In this document: in pieces, positions 41,159-52,918 of the stretch
Layout: the number at the start of each line of letters is the position of its first letter
Numbering within the stretch: the first letter of the stretch is position 1
Source of the DNA: Phoronis australis
Lineage: Eukaryota; Animalia; Phoronida
Assembly (NCBI GenBank): GCA_002633005.1
Contig: NMRA01000009.1
Coordinates: 101,138 to 165,137, forward strand
DNA: 64,000 nucleotides
Reading direction: 5' to 3'
Program-made: the position numbers and the translations under genes
The notes under the pieces: model-generated
Database searches by the model: none
Told to the model about the DNA's origin: nothing
The model's input: only the letters and a program-made list of their open reading frames with translations

Positions 41159-42294
41159 CTAATCTGCCTATCTTTAATCCTTCCTTGGTAGTCAGCAGAG
41201 GAATGTGTTCTATTTGATCAAGTGGGATCACCTATAAACTGACCTGCAGGACATTGGTGAGACAAGCAAGCTGGTAGACATAAGGGTGGGAAGCAAGTCA
41301 AAATCCTGCTTTGGAAATGTAACTATTGTTACATAACTTGCATTTCAAGACATTAAATTTTGAATACCTATATTGTAGCAGCTTGTGCCCAGGGAAGAAT
41401 ATAGCTTGACCAGATATTAATAATTAATGTATAAGCTGTCAAAATAGGTGTCACAATAAGATGACACGCGTGTATTGCTTGCCTTGTCACCACACACTCA
41501 CATGGGTATTAATTATTAAAAAAACAAGTAATAATGACACAGATAGTCATCCTCAGACTACTAACATTGATTGGACAGATCTGTCATCTTAATCCACGAT
41601 ACAGTGTAGCTGTTTACAACCTGGACTCCATTCTGTAAATACAAGGCACTCACAAGAAAAAACTAGTGTGACCTTGTGCTCAGCTTGTGTTGCATGACAT
41701 ACCTCTTGAAGATCTAGTGTTTTCACCAATTTCTTACATCTCCAGATCTCAGCCCAATATCCATCAAACACATGCCTTAATACTACACACAGACTAGATG
41801 TAAACAATCTCATATTTCAAACCTAAGGCTAAAACAGCAGGAAGCTCAACTAAAAACTATAATTCCTTTGTATACAAAGTGTACGAAACCAGCCACTTTG
41901 TGCAATAAAACAAGATAAAATGTCCCGATTGGAATGGCTCACCAAATCATTGACAACAAACTTGATGTAATAGATCAGAAAGTTGGTTCACTCAATAAAA
42001 CATATCTTTGGTAACGGAACTGTGACAAATATTTTCTTATTCACATTAGGCATAGTTTGCTTTGTTAAACATTAGCACATAAAGTTTGCCCTTAAAAATA
42101 TTAGATATACCTATTTCGCAACAACTTATAATCGGTGTGAATCAACAGACTCTTATTATCAAAGTCATCTTTTGTGCTAGTTTTAGAGGAGCAGAAGCCA
42201 TATAAATAGAGGGCACATGGCCACAAGAGCTCAACTCCAGGAAGGAAAGTGCTGATAAGAGGATTAGAGGGTCTAGTTCAGTAGATAGTCTTAC

Positions 42295-42398
42295 CAGACT
42301 GGAAGGGACTGTAGCACCATTGGGATAGGGGTAGGGTGTGACGACGTAGCCTATGTGTCCTATACTGCTGGCTGGCAGATGTAAACCACCATTTTTAT
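42295..42398 (-). CDS. TCF7L2: TCF/LEF coding exon 3
   Basis: Strong pyrimidine tract TTTCTTCTTTTTCTTTTGTAG|, donor |GTAAGA. 104 nt, (D)KNGGLHLPASSIGHIGYVVTPYPYPNGATVPSSL, resembling the TCF GY...PY.PNG segment; phase 1 to 0. Confidence 0.87.
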
Positions 42399-43566
42399 CT
42401 ACAAAAGAAAAAGAAGAAATTTAAATATTAAATTAAGCATTGAGATTTCATTAAATGCTATGGATAGATGAAGAAAACTACACCATAAAAACCCTGATTT
42501 TAGTGTACAATTGTGAATGTTTCCAGTACGATAGTGTTCAACACTCTTAATTATCTGCATCGCTATGTCGAGTATTGACTTGCCAATGAGAAATGAAGCC
42601 ATAACCAGGTTCATAAAAGAAGATAGTGATCTCTGTGCAAATTGCATGAAGTAATATTAATAAATCGATGACAGTTGAAATATCGCGCGTTTCTAATTAC
42701 CAGAACAGAAGAGAAAAATTAAGAGAGTTAAAAGCAGACTGTGGAGATACTGCGTCAGTTGTAGAGATATGCAAGTAGTGGTTATTTGTGGCCTGGAATT
42801 TTCAGTTGATTAATTTAGGAAGTTGCGTAGGGAGCCATCACACAATAGGGCTGAAAGCAAACCCCTCTCCACAACCTACGCCCCGGTGAGTAACATAACG
42901 ACAACAATAACAAAATGTTAATACATAAGACAGAGACAAAAAACAATCTTGGTCGTGTTACAGTGTGGCATGACAGTGGTGAAGTAGGAAGAGGTAGGCC
43001 ACAACCATGGCCAGCTTGGAAAGGCAGTGATTCTTAAGGCTGTATAAAACAATACGTACAACTCAAGCTAACAATATGTCTGTAGAGGTCCACAGCTAAA
43101 ATGACAAATGTGAATGTCTGTGAATCTTACAAAGCGCAGTACAAATTAAATGAGTTACGCATGAAACTTCCTAATGCTGAGTTAAAACCACTAATATGTT
43201 ATGATTTAAGCAGAATTATAACAGAATGTCGACAGTTGGTAAGTTTTCTCCTGAAAACTTGCTTTTGTCATATTAAACACATATACGCTCCGAAACACAG
43301 CCATTTCCTTTCACTATATTCAGATCACGACTGGCTTTGACTCCTCTTCAAATCTGTCGTGAGGAAATATAAAAACTGAAAGATGTTAATGAAAGGACAT
43401 GTTATGGAGCATATGCCACTTCAATATGACCAAGATGATTTTGCAAACACTTAAGAAAAGTTAATAACATTTCAAACTATTGAAAATTATCTAACCTATA
43501 CAGACTACCGTAGTGAATGAAACAGCAAATAGGCAATGATTAAGTTGTGATGAAAAATGTTCTTAC

Positions 43567-43618
43567 CACTGCTGGCGGTCTGTTCTCGACTTCCACTTGG
43601 CAATGTGGAACCTTTATC
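43567..43618 (-). CDS. TCF7L2: TCF/LEF coding exon 2
   Basis: Acceptor TGTCTGTTGCAG|, donor |GTAAGA. 52 nt, DKGSTLPSGSREQTASS+G, phase 0 to 1; joins exons 1 and 3 in frame. Confidence 0.8.
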
Positions 43619-44083
43619 CTGCAACAGACAATGCAAATTGACAACATTTCTAACTTCCTTAAGTGACTGGCAAAAATGTTGAGATATTTTCAAGATCACT
43701 CGCTTAATCACAAATGGCACACCAAGTCTGAAAATATTTTGAGCTTCAAATTTTATTCCTTTTAACACTAAATGCACTTTTTCTTTTAGTTTCGTTTCAG
43801 AAAAAAAAAACAAGACAATTCTTCACATATTTCAAACAAAAAATATTACAATAGTTCTTCTTCAATTTTTCAGAAGCTGATCATTTTAGGAAGGAAATTT
43901 CAATTCATTTTAGCACATTTTGTACAATAAAGCTGCCATTAACCAACACTTGCTGAAACTCTAAGCATATTTAGGAACGGGCAGAAATAAGCATTGGAAA
44001 AAATACACTTTTAGCGAATGATTTGTTTGAATTTGAAGAACCTTTATCATACCCCTTACAGTTAAAAGTTAAATGATAGGACC

Positions 44084-44168
44084 GATTCAAGAGTGGGCTT
44101 TGTAGAAGTAGAAGCAATGAAACAGATTCAAGAGTGGGCTTTGTAGAACTAGAAGCAATGAAACAGAT
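44084..44168. repeat. 41-bp tandem duplication
   Basis: GATTCAAGAGTGGGCTTTGTAGAA.TAGAAGCAATGAAACA x2. Confidence 0.85.
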
Positions 44169-44230
44169 TTAGTCAAACATACGATCAATGAATTTCTCAA
44201 ATTTGCACTTGAACAGAATAGTTTACAACA

Positions 44231-44689
44231 AGGCTCTTCCATACTATCGTCGACACGTCAATGTTTTGGGGAGTTAACTCAAGTCCTGGATCGAAGTTAA
44301 CAGCACCAGCTAACTTTGCAGTAAACATGTGGATTTAACGGCATAGCGTCGACGCAGCAGTGCAGAATCAACAGTCAACTTTGGGGCCACAATTGAAGGG
44401 CAGTGTCGTCACTAATAGTTACTTATATTTTGCTTGAATAATCACCAATCGAATTAGACATAACTTTCATATCAAATAGCACATGTAAATGTTCTCAAAT
44501 TGTCACATTAAAAAAATGATAGCGTGCACAGGATACATCAGCGCTACCTTGCGGTTACTTCGACAACGTCACCTACCGTTTACGTCAATGCAGTTAACTA
44601 CCGAAGCTGGTATGAAAGGTTCAATTAAGTTCGCAGTTTATGTCGACAATCCACTCATACTGGAGTTAGCTTAAAGTATGAAAAGGACC
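44231..44689. mobile_element. PIF/Harbinger-like MITE (TCF intron 1)
   Basis: Homologous to the joined halves 33299-33519 and 35935-36223. Confidence 0.6.
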
Positions 44690-46927
44690 ATACTGCGTTA
44701 CAATTGCCCATTTGCAAGAACCAGAGACCTGGGCTTGTCCAAAGTCGGTATTGAAACAACCAACAGGACAGGACTATTCCCAAGACCATTGTATGTTATA
44801 GGACTAGGGAATCTCTTTGACCACCACTTTTCAGTATCCTCAACTATTGTGGACAGTGGAGCCTGTACAGAATCAAATAGCACCCTATAACAAAGCAACA
44901 ATCCACAGTAGGCATTAGTGTGGTGAATTCATCTTTCTCCACAAATTCTCTGACTGATCTGCTCCTTTCACAACTTTGTCTTAATGGTTCCTGGTCAATA
45001 TGCCTGCCCAAATAAAGCATTTGTCTGTGTTAGAAGTATAATAAATTGTCAAATGGATTTTTATCCAATGCACTGTTAAAAACGAATCACTACCAGGTGA
45101 ATGTAATATGGTAAGTTAACAAGCAAAAAGGGAGATTATGTAATGCGTGTCTAGAATGGAAGTTATGGAACTATCAATATGCCAACATTAGGGGAAGGTA
45201 ATTATAAAGATATGACCATATCAGTTGTCTCATTTACTTCATAAACCAACACTGCATTGTATAGTTTCATATTTGGTCAGAGCTTTCTCCACATGAGAAC
45301 ATTCAATCAAAAAAGGTGACATAATCTTGTACTGGCAAACATCAAATGCAATGCCAAGTGACCATTTAAGCTTTTCATAACTGGGTTTCAGAACTGCACC
45401 TTCTTTCACTCATAAATTTAACAGATAACCGAGACATTTGAAGGGTTCTGAGCTGAGGTGTCCTCAGGTAACTGTCAGTGGGCTGTCACTCAACTATGGC
45501 AACCTCATTATTAGGGAAACCAAATGCATTAATGAAATTCAAAACGTAGAAAGATAGCGTACTGGTGAAAATTTAAATGAGTAGAAATGTTAAATAATAA
45601 TCACGTTTTATCAATTATAAATGCTTTTCATTGACATTTTTTCAAAACCAATTTCCATTCAACTCCTAGTAGAAAATTATTTTGATTTTCTTCAGTGTAT
45701 CCAGTCAAGAGACATTTTTCCATTACATATTGACGACAAATTCACTACTGCATTTTTACTTGAAGTTTCAAAAGTTTAGATTTGAAATGGTTCTTCTCAA
45801 AACTGTTTTCTGAGCGAGTCACGAAATGAAATTGTTAAATTTTACATCTTGTTGGTCAGTACTTGGTGAGCCGACTCATGTTCAAGGTGGTCTCATCATC
45901 TGATGACTGAAAATTGCCTCGGGAGCACAGGAAGGACAAAGTTGAGACTTTCTGTCTCACAGATGTTTTAGGGCAGGGCATTCAACCAGGGGGTCAGTTG
46001 ACCTCATGTTCAATGAAAGTAATATGGTGGTGGTTCATTGTCCATCTTAAGACTGATCTTGTAAGTTGTGAGACCCAAACCATATGGCAAAGCAAAACCT
46101 AGAAAGTATTTGAAGACATCATGAGGCAAGAAATACATATTTTTTTTCCTTTATCAACAGAATCAAACATGGAACACCGATCCTTGCCTGTTGGTCATAG
46201 CAAGCCAATCCGAACTGGTGCAAGGAATCTGCCTAATACATCACGGTTAGTGGAATCGCCTATAGTAGCAGTTTTGGGCAAACTGTTGAATGCTGACAAA
46301 GTGATTTGTTGACAGTAACAATCCAAAAATCACACACTGAAAACAATGTTTCCAGTATTTAGCGAGCATGAGCTATTGTCTATGATTTGACAAAGTAACG
46401 TTCCAACCTAGACAACTATATCCAATATTCAATGAATGCAGAAATAAATGAGTGTTTGTGTCTCAATGTAGAACTAGGCTACCTGTCATGATGCCATTGT
46501 ATAGCAAACAAATACCCAATCACATATAACTGCCAACAAATAGCCATGATCATATTGCTCACTGGAGAATCGTCATGTGTTGTGGTCGATGGTCACTGAT
46601 TTTGTGAGTGAGAGAACTAGATACTCGAGCCACCAAATAATGGGCTTGTTCAGTAATTGACTGGTTTTCAAAATCAGGCACCATCACGTCCGAACTGTAA
46701 CCAAAAATAGGACCGCCACTTCTAATTACACTAACAGTCTAAAATTTTGACAGCAACTGGTCAACTCAGCCTCATGTCAGGCGACATTGAAACTTCGACT
46801 GATGTAAATTCTGAGTCAGACTCAACAAGCACAAAAAGCCAGAGTGCAGCTTTGATATGAGCTCTGTGCCCTCGTGGCCAATTTATCTCCGATGTGAGTA
46901 ACTGTGGTAAACTTCACAATGCACTAC

Positions 46928-47080
46928 CTCTTCCGTTTCAATGACCAAGCCGATTTTGTCTTCTCTGAGATTTTCCGACACTCGTTGTTCGTCGTCGCCT
47001 TCATCGTGTTCATGATGATATACTTTCACTTCATCAGTAGAAGCTAGATCATCTCCGCCGCCCGAATTCACGTGCGGCAT
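46928..47080 (-). CDS. TCF7L2: TCF/LEF transcription factor, coding exon 1 (beta-catenin-binding domain)
   Basis: Translates MPHVNSGGGDDLASTDEVKVYHHEHDEGDDEQRVSENLREDKIGLVIETEE, matching the TCF/LEF N-terminal motif (GGGDDL..DE...; L...K.SL..E.E). 153 nt, ends GAG|GTAGTG, phase 0. Confidence 0.93.
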
Positions 47081-47400
47081 TCTGGTGGCTAAAAGCGTTC
47101 ACAGTAATCTAACTAAATTCGCCAGCTCAATCACACACACGTTTGAGAATCCGCCATCGACTTGTGACAATAATATAACTGGTCGTAAAAGCGTGAGCGT
47201 ATATTCAACTTCGACTATTTTCGCCCCAGTGATCAGCCAATCAAATTGCTCGCCGGAAGTATATCAATTTGCGCTCGGCTCGTTGGTTTCAGGTAATCGC
47301 TTGAAGGGAACTCGCCATCAATCACCATCAGCTGTCACTTGGATGCCGAACTTCGTTGTAGTTGTTAAGTTTAGGCGATGTATATAACTTTGCCATGAAT
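47081..47400 (-). promoter_or_regulatory. TCF 5'UTR / core promoter region
   Basis: CpG-retaining region directly upstream of the ATG with a CCAAT box (47237-47241) and ETS-type CCGGAAGT (47253-47260). Confidence 0.55.
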
Positions 47401-47834
47401 TCAAACATGGAATTAGAATGGACTGCTGAAAGTAAACCACTGTATTTTATGTTTTTCCTCGCTTCATGATAATTACTCAAAAATCAACAGTCAGTCGAAT
47501 TCGGATACAGGCATTTTTCGAAACCATACCAAATTTGTCCTCGTTCTAAAATAGAACGCTCATATGAATGTCAGACACCATTTTCGTTAATAAATTGGAA
47601 ATAATGGTCTGATGCCTTCATGGTAACGTTTTTTTTTTACAGAGGAGTCCAAACGTAGACTTAAGCCAAATAATACGACTGGTCGTAAATCTGCGGGTTT
47701 AGACTATATAACGACTTGAAACAGGTCTTCGTTTTTGTCTTGAAATCTCTATTGTCAATCGAACGGCTTTGCCAAGTAGGGTATAACACTCGACCTAATG
47801 ATGGTACATGATGGGAAAGGTAAACAAACATTTT

Positions 47835-48126
47835 GTGCCGCTATTCATAATGCGCGCAGTGTTTTGGCGAAATTCCTTTGATGTTGCCGACAATCATGTA
47901 ATCGTTTCCCAGAAATCTCTCGTGGGTTAGAATAGCTACTGACATTAACGCTAAATAGAGAAAATTTATTTTTGTTATTTTCAACGTTATTTCCTTAACA
48001 CTGCAAAATAACGTGGACAAAATCGAACGCCCAAGATTGAACTTGAGGCCAATTAGCCAAGGAGACGATTCTGAAGCCAACAACATAGACACTTTGCAGA
48101 AGGCGGCACTCTTTGATCTTGTCGGC
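47835..48126. promoter_or_regulatory. Candidate Wnt-response elements (TCF HMG sites with adjacent Helper-like sites)
   Basis: CCTTTGATG (47875-47883) followed by GCCGAC; GGCGGC (48102-48107, reverse complement GCCGCC) 3 nt before CTTTGATCT (48111-48119), followed by GTCGGC. Confidence 0.45.
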
Positions 48127-48243
48127 ATCTCCTTTTATGTCCTTATAAGGCAGTCTGGCAAACCAATACTTAAAACAGCGACACCTTTAGTTCATACGGT
48201 ACATCGATTTTTTCAGCCTATGTACGGTGATGCGAGTTTTAAC

Positions 48244-48301
48244 TCGCATCAGACGCGTGGACCGTGCTATTAAAATAGCACGGTCCACGCGTCTGATGCG
48301 A
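48244..48301. repeat. Perfect 28-bp-arm palindrome
   Basis: TCGCATCAGACGCGTGGACCGTGCTATT-AA-AATAGCACGGTCCACGCGTCTGATGCGA. Confidence 0.9.
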
Positions 48302-48308
48302 AACACGA

Positions 48309-48541
48309 GGCCCGTTCCAAGAAACTGACCCAAGTTCATTTTGTCTTAAGATTTGTCTCAACTTCCAAACTTTGAAACTTCCACATAAGGAAAATTAGTC
48401 AAAATTAAGACAAAACTTAAGTAAATAAGTCAAACTTCTAAGATCATTCTGAAACGGATTTGAACCAAGTTTAAGTTTTATCTTAAAATTGACTGAAATT
48501 TAAGATTTGTCTTAGCTATGTCAATTTTCTTGGAACGGGCC
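48309..48541. mobile_element. Short MITE upstream of TCF
   Basis: TIR GGCCCGTTCCAAGAAA / TTTCTTGGAACGGGCC; no clear TSD. Confidence 0.6.
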
Positions 48542-50536
48542 GCTTGGCTTATAGAACAGGAGTTCATTGTCCTGAATAATGCTTTCCTTTCATTTTTTTC
48601 TCAATTAGTTCTTACTTTGCACATTGCCATAGGTGCAGTCGAGTGTCCATCACTGCATAAGTTCCAAGCGGGACCTCGTGGGTCATTTTTCCGATTTTTA
48701 ATATGACAAATCTGAAATGGGGTAACACGATTGTCTCCGAATCCCTAAGAACATTAACGATCGCCTGAGTTTTTGCGCACTAGGGGTCACAGCTAGGCCG
48801 ACTGTAATATAACGATATGTACATGGGCGGCGCACTATAGGGGGTTGGCAGGGGGGCTATAGTCCCCCCACTTTTGTCAGTGCTCCGGCACCCATGGTCT
48901 ATGGATGGTGCACCACAGGGGATCTGGGGGCACTATAGCTCCCCCCCTTTTTTTCAGTGCTGCGCCGACCGTGATGTAATTTGTTTCTAATTACTATCTG
49001 TGCTCGTTGTGTGGTTCAGAATACTTCAGTCTAACTTTCAAAGGTCTATTTGATCGAATGAAATATGCATGGATCAAGCAAGTAGCCAGCCTTGAGTGGG
49101 GGGTGGGGATCGAATGTCTAGAACGGTAGACCTTTGATATTTTGCGTCGGTAAGGCCTCTGACACAGTTTAATTAGCCAGGTTAATCTGTATACACGACG
49201 ATGACTCTCAGTTGTATGTTCCTGAGATAAGACGGAACTTGTAATACCAGAAATGAGGATGCTGTGACGCAAAGAACGGGACTGACACAAATTCGAACGT
49301 AATGTGGTCCAGAAAGAGAACGTTCTCGCGTTACCTACTGCCAAATTTCAAATCAGTCATGCTTAAATGAGTGATTACTCCTCATTACATACTCGGATGG
49401 AAATATGAAGTTTAGTCAGAGAATGACTTGACGAAATTGTTTATCTGGTTGTATTTTTGCGCGTTACTTAAGTTAATTGCTTACATTACTGGAAATGGGA
49501 ACATCCCGCTATTTCGAAGGTTTACTACTTAGAAGGATAATTGCTCCAAAAATATCTAAACTTTCAGACTCAGGTGTAATTTTTATACTTCTACATGCAA
49601 AAATAAACTATACTTCGGTTATTAGATGCACCCTTCCCGAAAACAACGCCCGGGTACTCAATCACTTACTTTGGATTTCATGTAAACGGTGACCACCGTC
49701 TAACTGGCCAGTACAACTACAGACGGTGGGCACTGTCTAGGTTCATTTTCAATGACTGCAGGGGTATACCCAGATTTCAAAACCCCGCTCGTCAGCTGGG
49801 CGAGTGAGCCAGAAAATCTACTTGCCCAGCCCAAACATCAGTCGCCAGGCCGTTTCGCGTCGGTCACCACAAACTTGCTGTCAGTGTCAATAAAAACGAT
49901 TGTTTCGTGCGTTGATGTCGCCATCTACTAGAGCTAGTATCCCTTTTAGAAAATGCAGAATTCCTACCAAGAAACTTTCGAGGTCAATAAATTCCCAGCA
50001 ACGCAACACGTAGCCTTGGCGCAAAGCTATATACTATTATGCAGCTTCGCGCGGATGTGGCTAAAAAATGACCAGATAAAATCTGACATGAAATAAGTGT
50101 CATTAAAAACTACATTCTTCCTTGAGTACACTAAATTATTTACCGTTGTATAAAAAATTGGCGTTCTACCGTTATTATTCTTCTAAAATTGCGGCACGTT
50201 CTTTTGCGTCGGCTTTCGGCACCGTTATGCGTCATCCATTGGCCATGCAGTTTCTTTTTTCGCCAATTCTTCAATCAACTATTGCTCTTTCACGAGGTTG
50301 CGTACACGTCACAACTAATTATCGCAATTTGTTTCACTTCATTATCAGTTTTTAATATTTTAACAACAGCAAATGGAATTTCAGAACAAATTTTGCAGCT
50401 TCGAAGCTGTCATCATCTCTCGAGAGATGTCGCAAAAACTTTAGGAAATGGCGCGTGCGCCAGTCACGAGAGTACTGTTTTCAAAACGACGAAATAAATT
50501 TCCTTGTAACAAAAGGAGGAAAATTACGCAAGAAAA

Positions 50537-51287
50537 ATATAGATTATTACATGGCGAAGTCGTTATCCCCCGTTATCTAGAGCCCGAGTGGATTTTGGAG
50601 AATTATCGCCCCTCGATCTACCTTTCTCGACTCGCCTCGGCTTTGTAACTACTTTCTATGTCAGAGGCCCGGGGTCGGAGGTCGTGACCTTTTAAGAAAA
50701 GCCGAGCTATTTTTGTCAAATAATGCTTATACTCAAAACCAATTGGAAATTAAAACAAAATAGAAATGAAGTGAATCTCTAAATTAAGGTTAAGCAACTA
50801 TTATAGCTTAAAACACGTTTTTTACACGCTAAGCTTCGACCGGGAAATTATCGTCTGCTAAAGTAGGTTACCACTGGTAACTGAATATAATTCTCAAGTC
50901 AAAGATCCTGACGACACGATATCCGCATTCAAACTGGAGGTCGGTGATTTACAAGTAAGAGGACATGAGAGAAAAATTTCACTGAATTAAGATATCATTT
51001 TTATGGAAATTATGTGTCTTATTTTTCGTAGCGTATAAGTACATTACAATGCGGTTTGTTGAACGTGCGATTATTGCGCGTGCTCATTTAGTATTCTATT
51101 TTATTTTCACTCTTGATGACGTCAGTCGCTGCGTGGTGTAGTGGTTAAAGTCGGCGATAAGCTATACCAAGGTCCCCGGTTCGACTCCGTCCTCGGTTTC
51201 CCGCCAAATCGTTATCTCACTAGTGAGATAACTTTATGGGTTATTACACAGTTTTATCTGCCATTTGACGCTAATATTGTGGTATAA
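50537..51287 (+). mobile_element. TSD-less repeat carrying a tRNA-like module (possibly Crypton-like), copy 1
   Basis: Starts ATATAGATTATTACA, ends TGTGGTATAA; homologous to 61661-62463; A-box TGGTGTAGTGG and B-box GGTTCGACTCC at about 51130-51195. Confidence 0.65.
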
Positions 51288-51307
51288 TGACGTTTATTAG
51301 ATTGTTC

Positions 51308-51627
51308 AATAAAACAACAAGAATTGATAAACTGAAATTTTCGGATATAATAATGTCCTTCGTCAACAGAATGGGAAATAAAGTAAAAGTAAACACTATA
51401 TGACAATTGACATTTAAGATGTGGCGTAATGAAATGTCAATTGTCATATAGTGTTTGATTTTACTTTATTTCTGTTTCTGTTGACGAAGGACATTATTAT
51501 ATCCGAAAATTTCAGTTGATCCATTCTTGTTGTTTTATTTACCTATTTATAGTCTACATTTCGTGAAACAACAGTATCCTTGGGAGGATCTGGATCGCCT
51601 TATTTAGTTTCAGATTTATTTTCTAAG
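51308..51627. mobile_element. Penelope-like inverted pseudo-LTR fragment with 11-bp TSD
   Basis: About 110-bp inverted arms (51308-51539), hammerhead-like TGACGAAGGA...TCCGAAA, flanked by TTAGATTGTTC at 51297-51307 and 51628-51638. Confidence 0.6.
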
Positions 51628-52605
51628 TTAGATTGTTCTTCACTTAAACTGCTGTAACGAGCAAGGTGATTGTCGGTTAACTCCATCGCCGGCCTTTAGC
51701 TCGACATTCTGAAACTAGTTTCAGAACTTCCCGGGCTGTGTGCACTTTCGAGGTCTGTCGGATATCATCGCACAGTGGCACCCACAGTTGTAGCCAGTCA
51801 GCTAGCTGTATGAAGACTATCGTCAAAATAAAGCTAGGTACCACTGCGTGTTAATTTTCCATAGACTCCGAAATTGCACACAGCCAGGGTAGTTCTGCTC
51901 GTCACCTTGCCGTGAAACTTGTTTCAACATGTGAAGCTCAAGACCGGGCAGGGTGCATGCAAAATCTGCGAATCAACCGACACTCACTTTACCCGTTACA
52001 ACTGTATAAAGTGAAAAACAGTGCGATAAACGTCATTTTCTTGCGTCATTCTCGACCTTTGTAACAATGAAAAATATGTTGTCATTTTGAAAACAGTACG
52101 CTCTTGTCACACGCACGCGCCATTTCCTAAATTTTTGCAACAACTTCGCAGCAGCAAAGTTTGTTCTGAAATTCGGTTTTTCGGTATCGAAATTCTAAAA
52201 ACTTATAATGAAGTGAAAGCAGTTCCAATAATTTATTGTCACGTGTGACGCAACCTCGTTGATTGAAGAATCGGAGAAAAAAGAAACTGGCTCGTAGGTG
52301 ACGCAATATTTCACGGCGCCGAAAACCGACGCAGAAGATCGCTCCACAAATTTAGCAGCAGAATAACGGGTAGAACGCCATTTTTTTCCAACACCGTTAA
52401 ATAATTTAGTTTACTCAAGGAAGACTTTAGTTTTTAATGATACTAATTTTGTGGCAGATTTCATCTTACCACTTTTTTACCCACATCCGCGCAAAGCTGT
52501 ATATTTAGTATACCGTACCGAGGCTAAGTGGTACCTAGATAGGCTGTATTTTGACAAAGTCTTCATACACTAGCTAGCTGGGTGGCCGGCTACGCAAGAC
52601 GATAC

Positions 52606-52918
52606 CAGGGGCGGATCCAGGATTTTGAGTTAGGGGGCAGGGCACAGGAATAACCAGAATTTCGGCAGATGCGCGCGCCCAGCCTAAAATGTAGGGATAC
52701 AGAGGTCTCGAATTTCTTGGATTGTGAACCTTTTGACTAAAAAAAAAACGGTAAACGGGGTTTGTTCAGGGTCTATAAATTGTTTATTAACCCCCGAGCC
52801 CCCCCCCTGGCTGCGAACCGTGCGCGTCAGCAATTCGCACCCGAACTGCCACATGGTATGTGGTAGAATTTTAGGGGGGTTCATGGCCCCCTTGTCCCCC
52901 CCCCTAAATCCGCCACTG
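52606..52918. mobile_element. MITE with 5-bp TSD (hAT5-like)
   Basis: GATAC|CAGGGGCGGAT...ATCCGCCACTG|GATAC; the empty site is visible in R1 copy 1 (about 15212-15235). Confidence 0.75.

Noticed and set aside
46883-46927. Extension of the TCF ORF (VVHCEVYHSYSHRR*) in the ORF track
   Set aside because: Read-through into intron 1 past the GT donor at 46927.
51127-51200. Functional tRNA gene
   Set aside because: D and anticodon stems do not pair properly, and it sits in a dispersed repeat with a divergent second copy.
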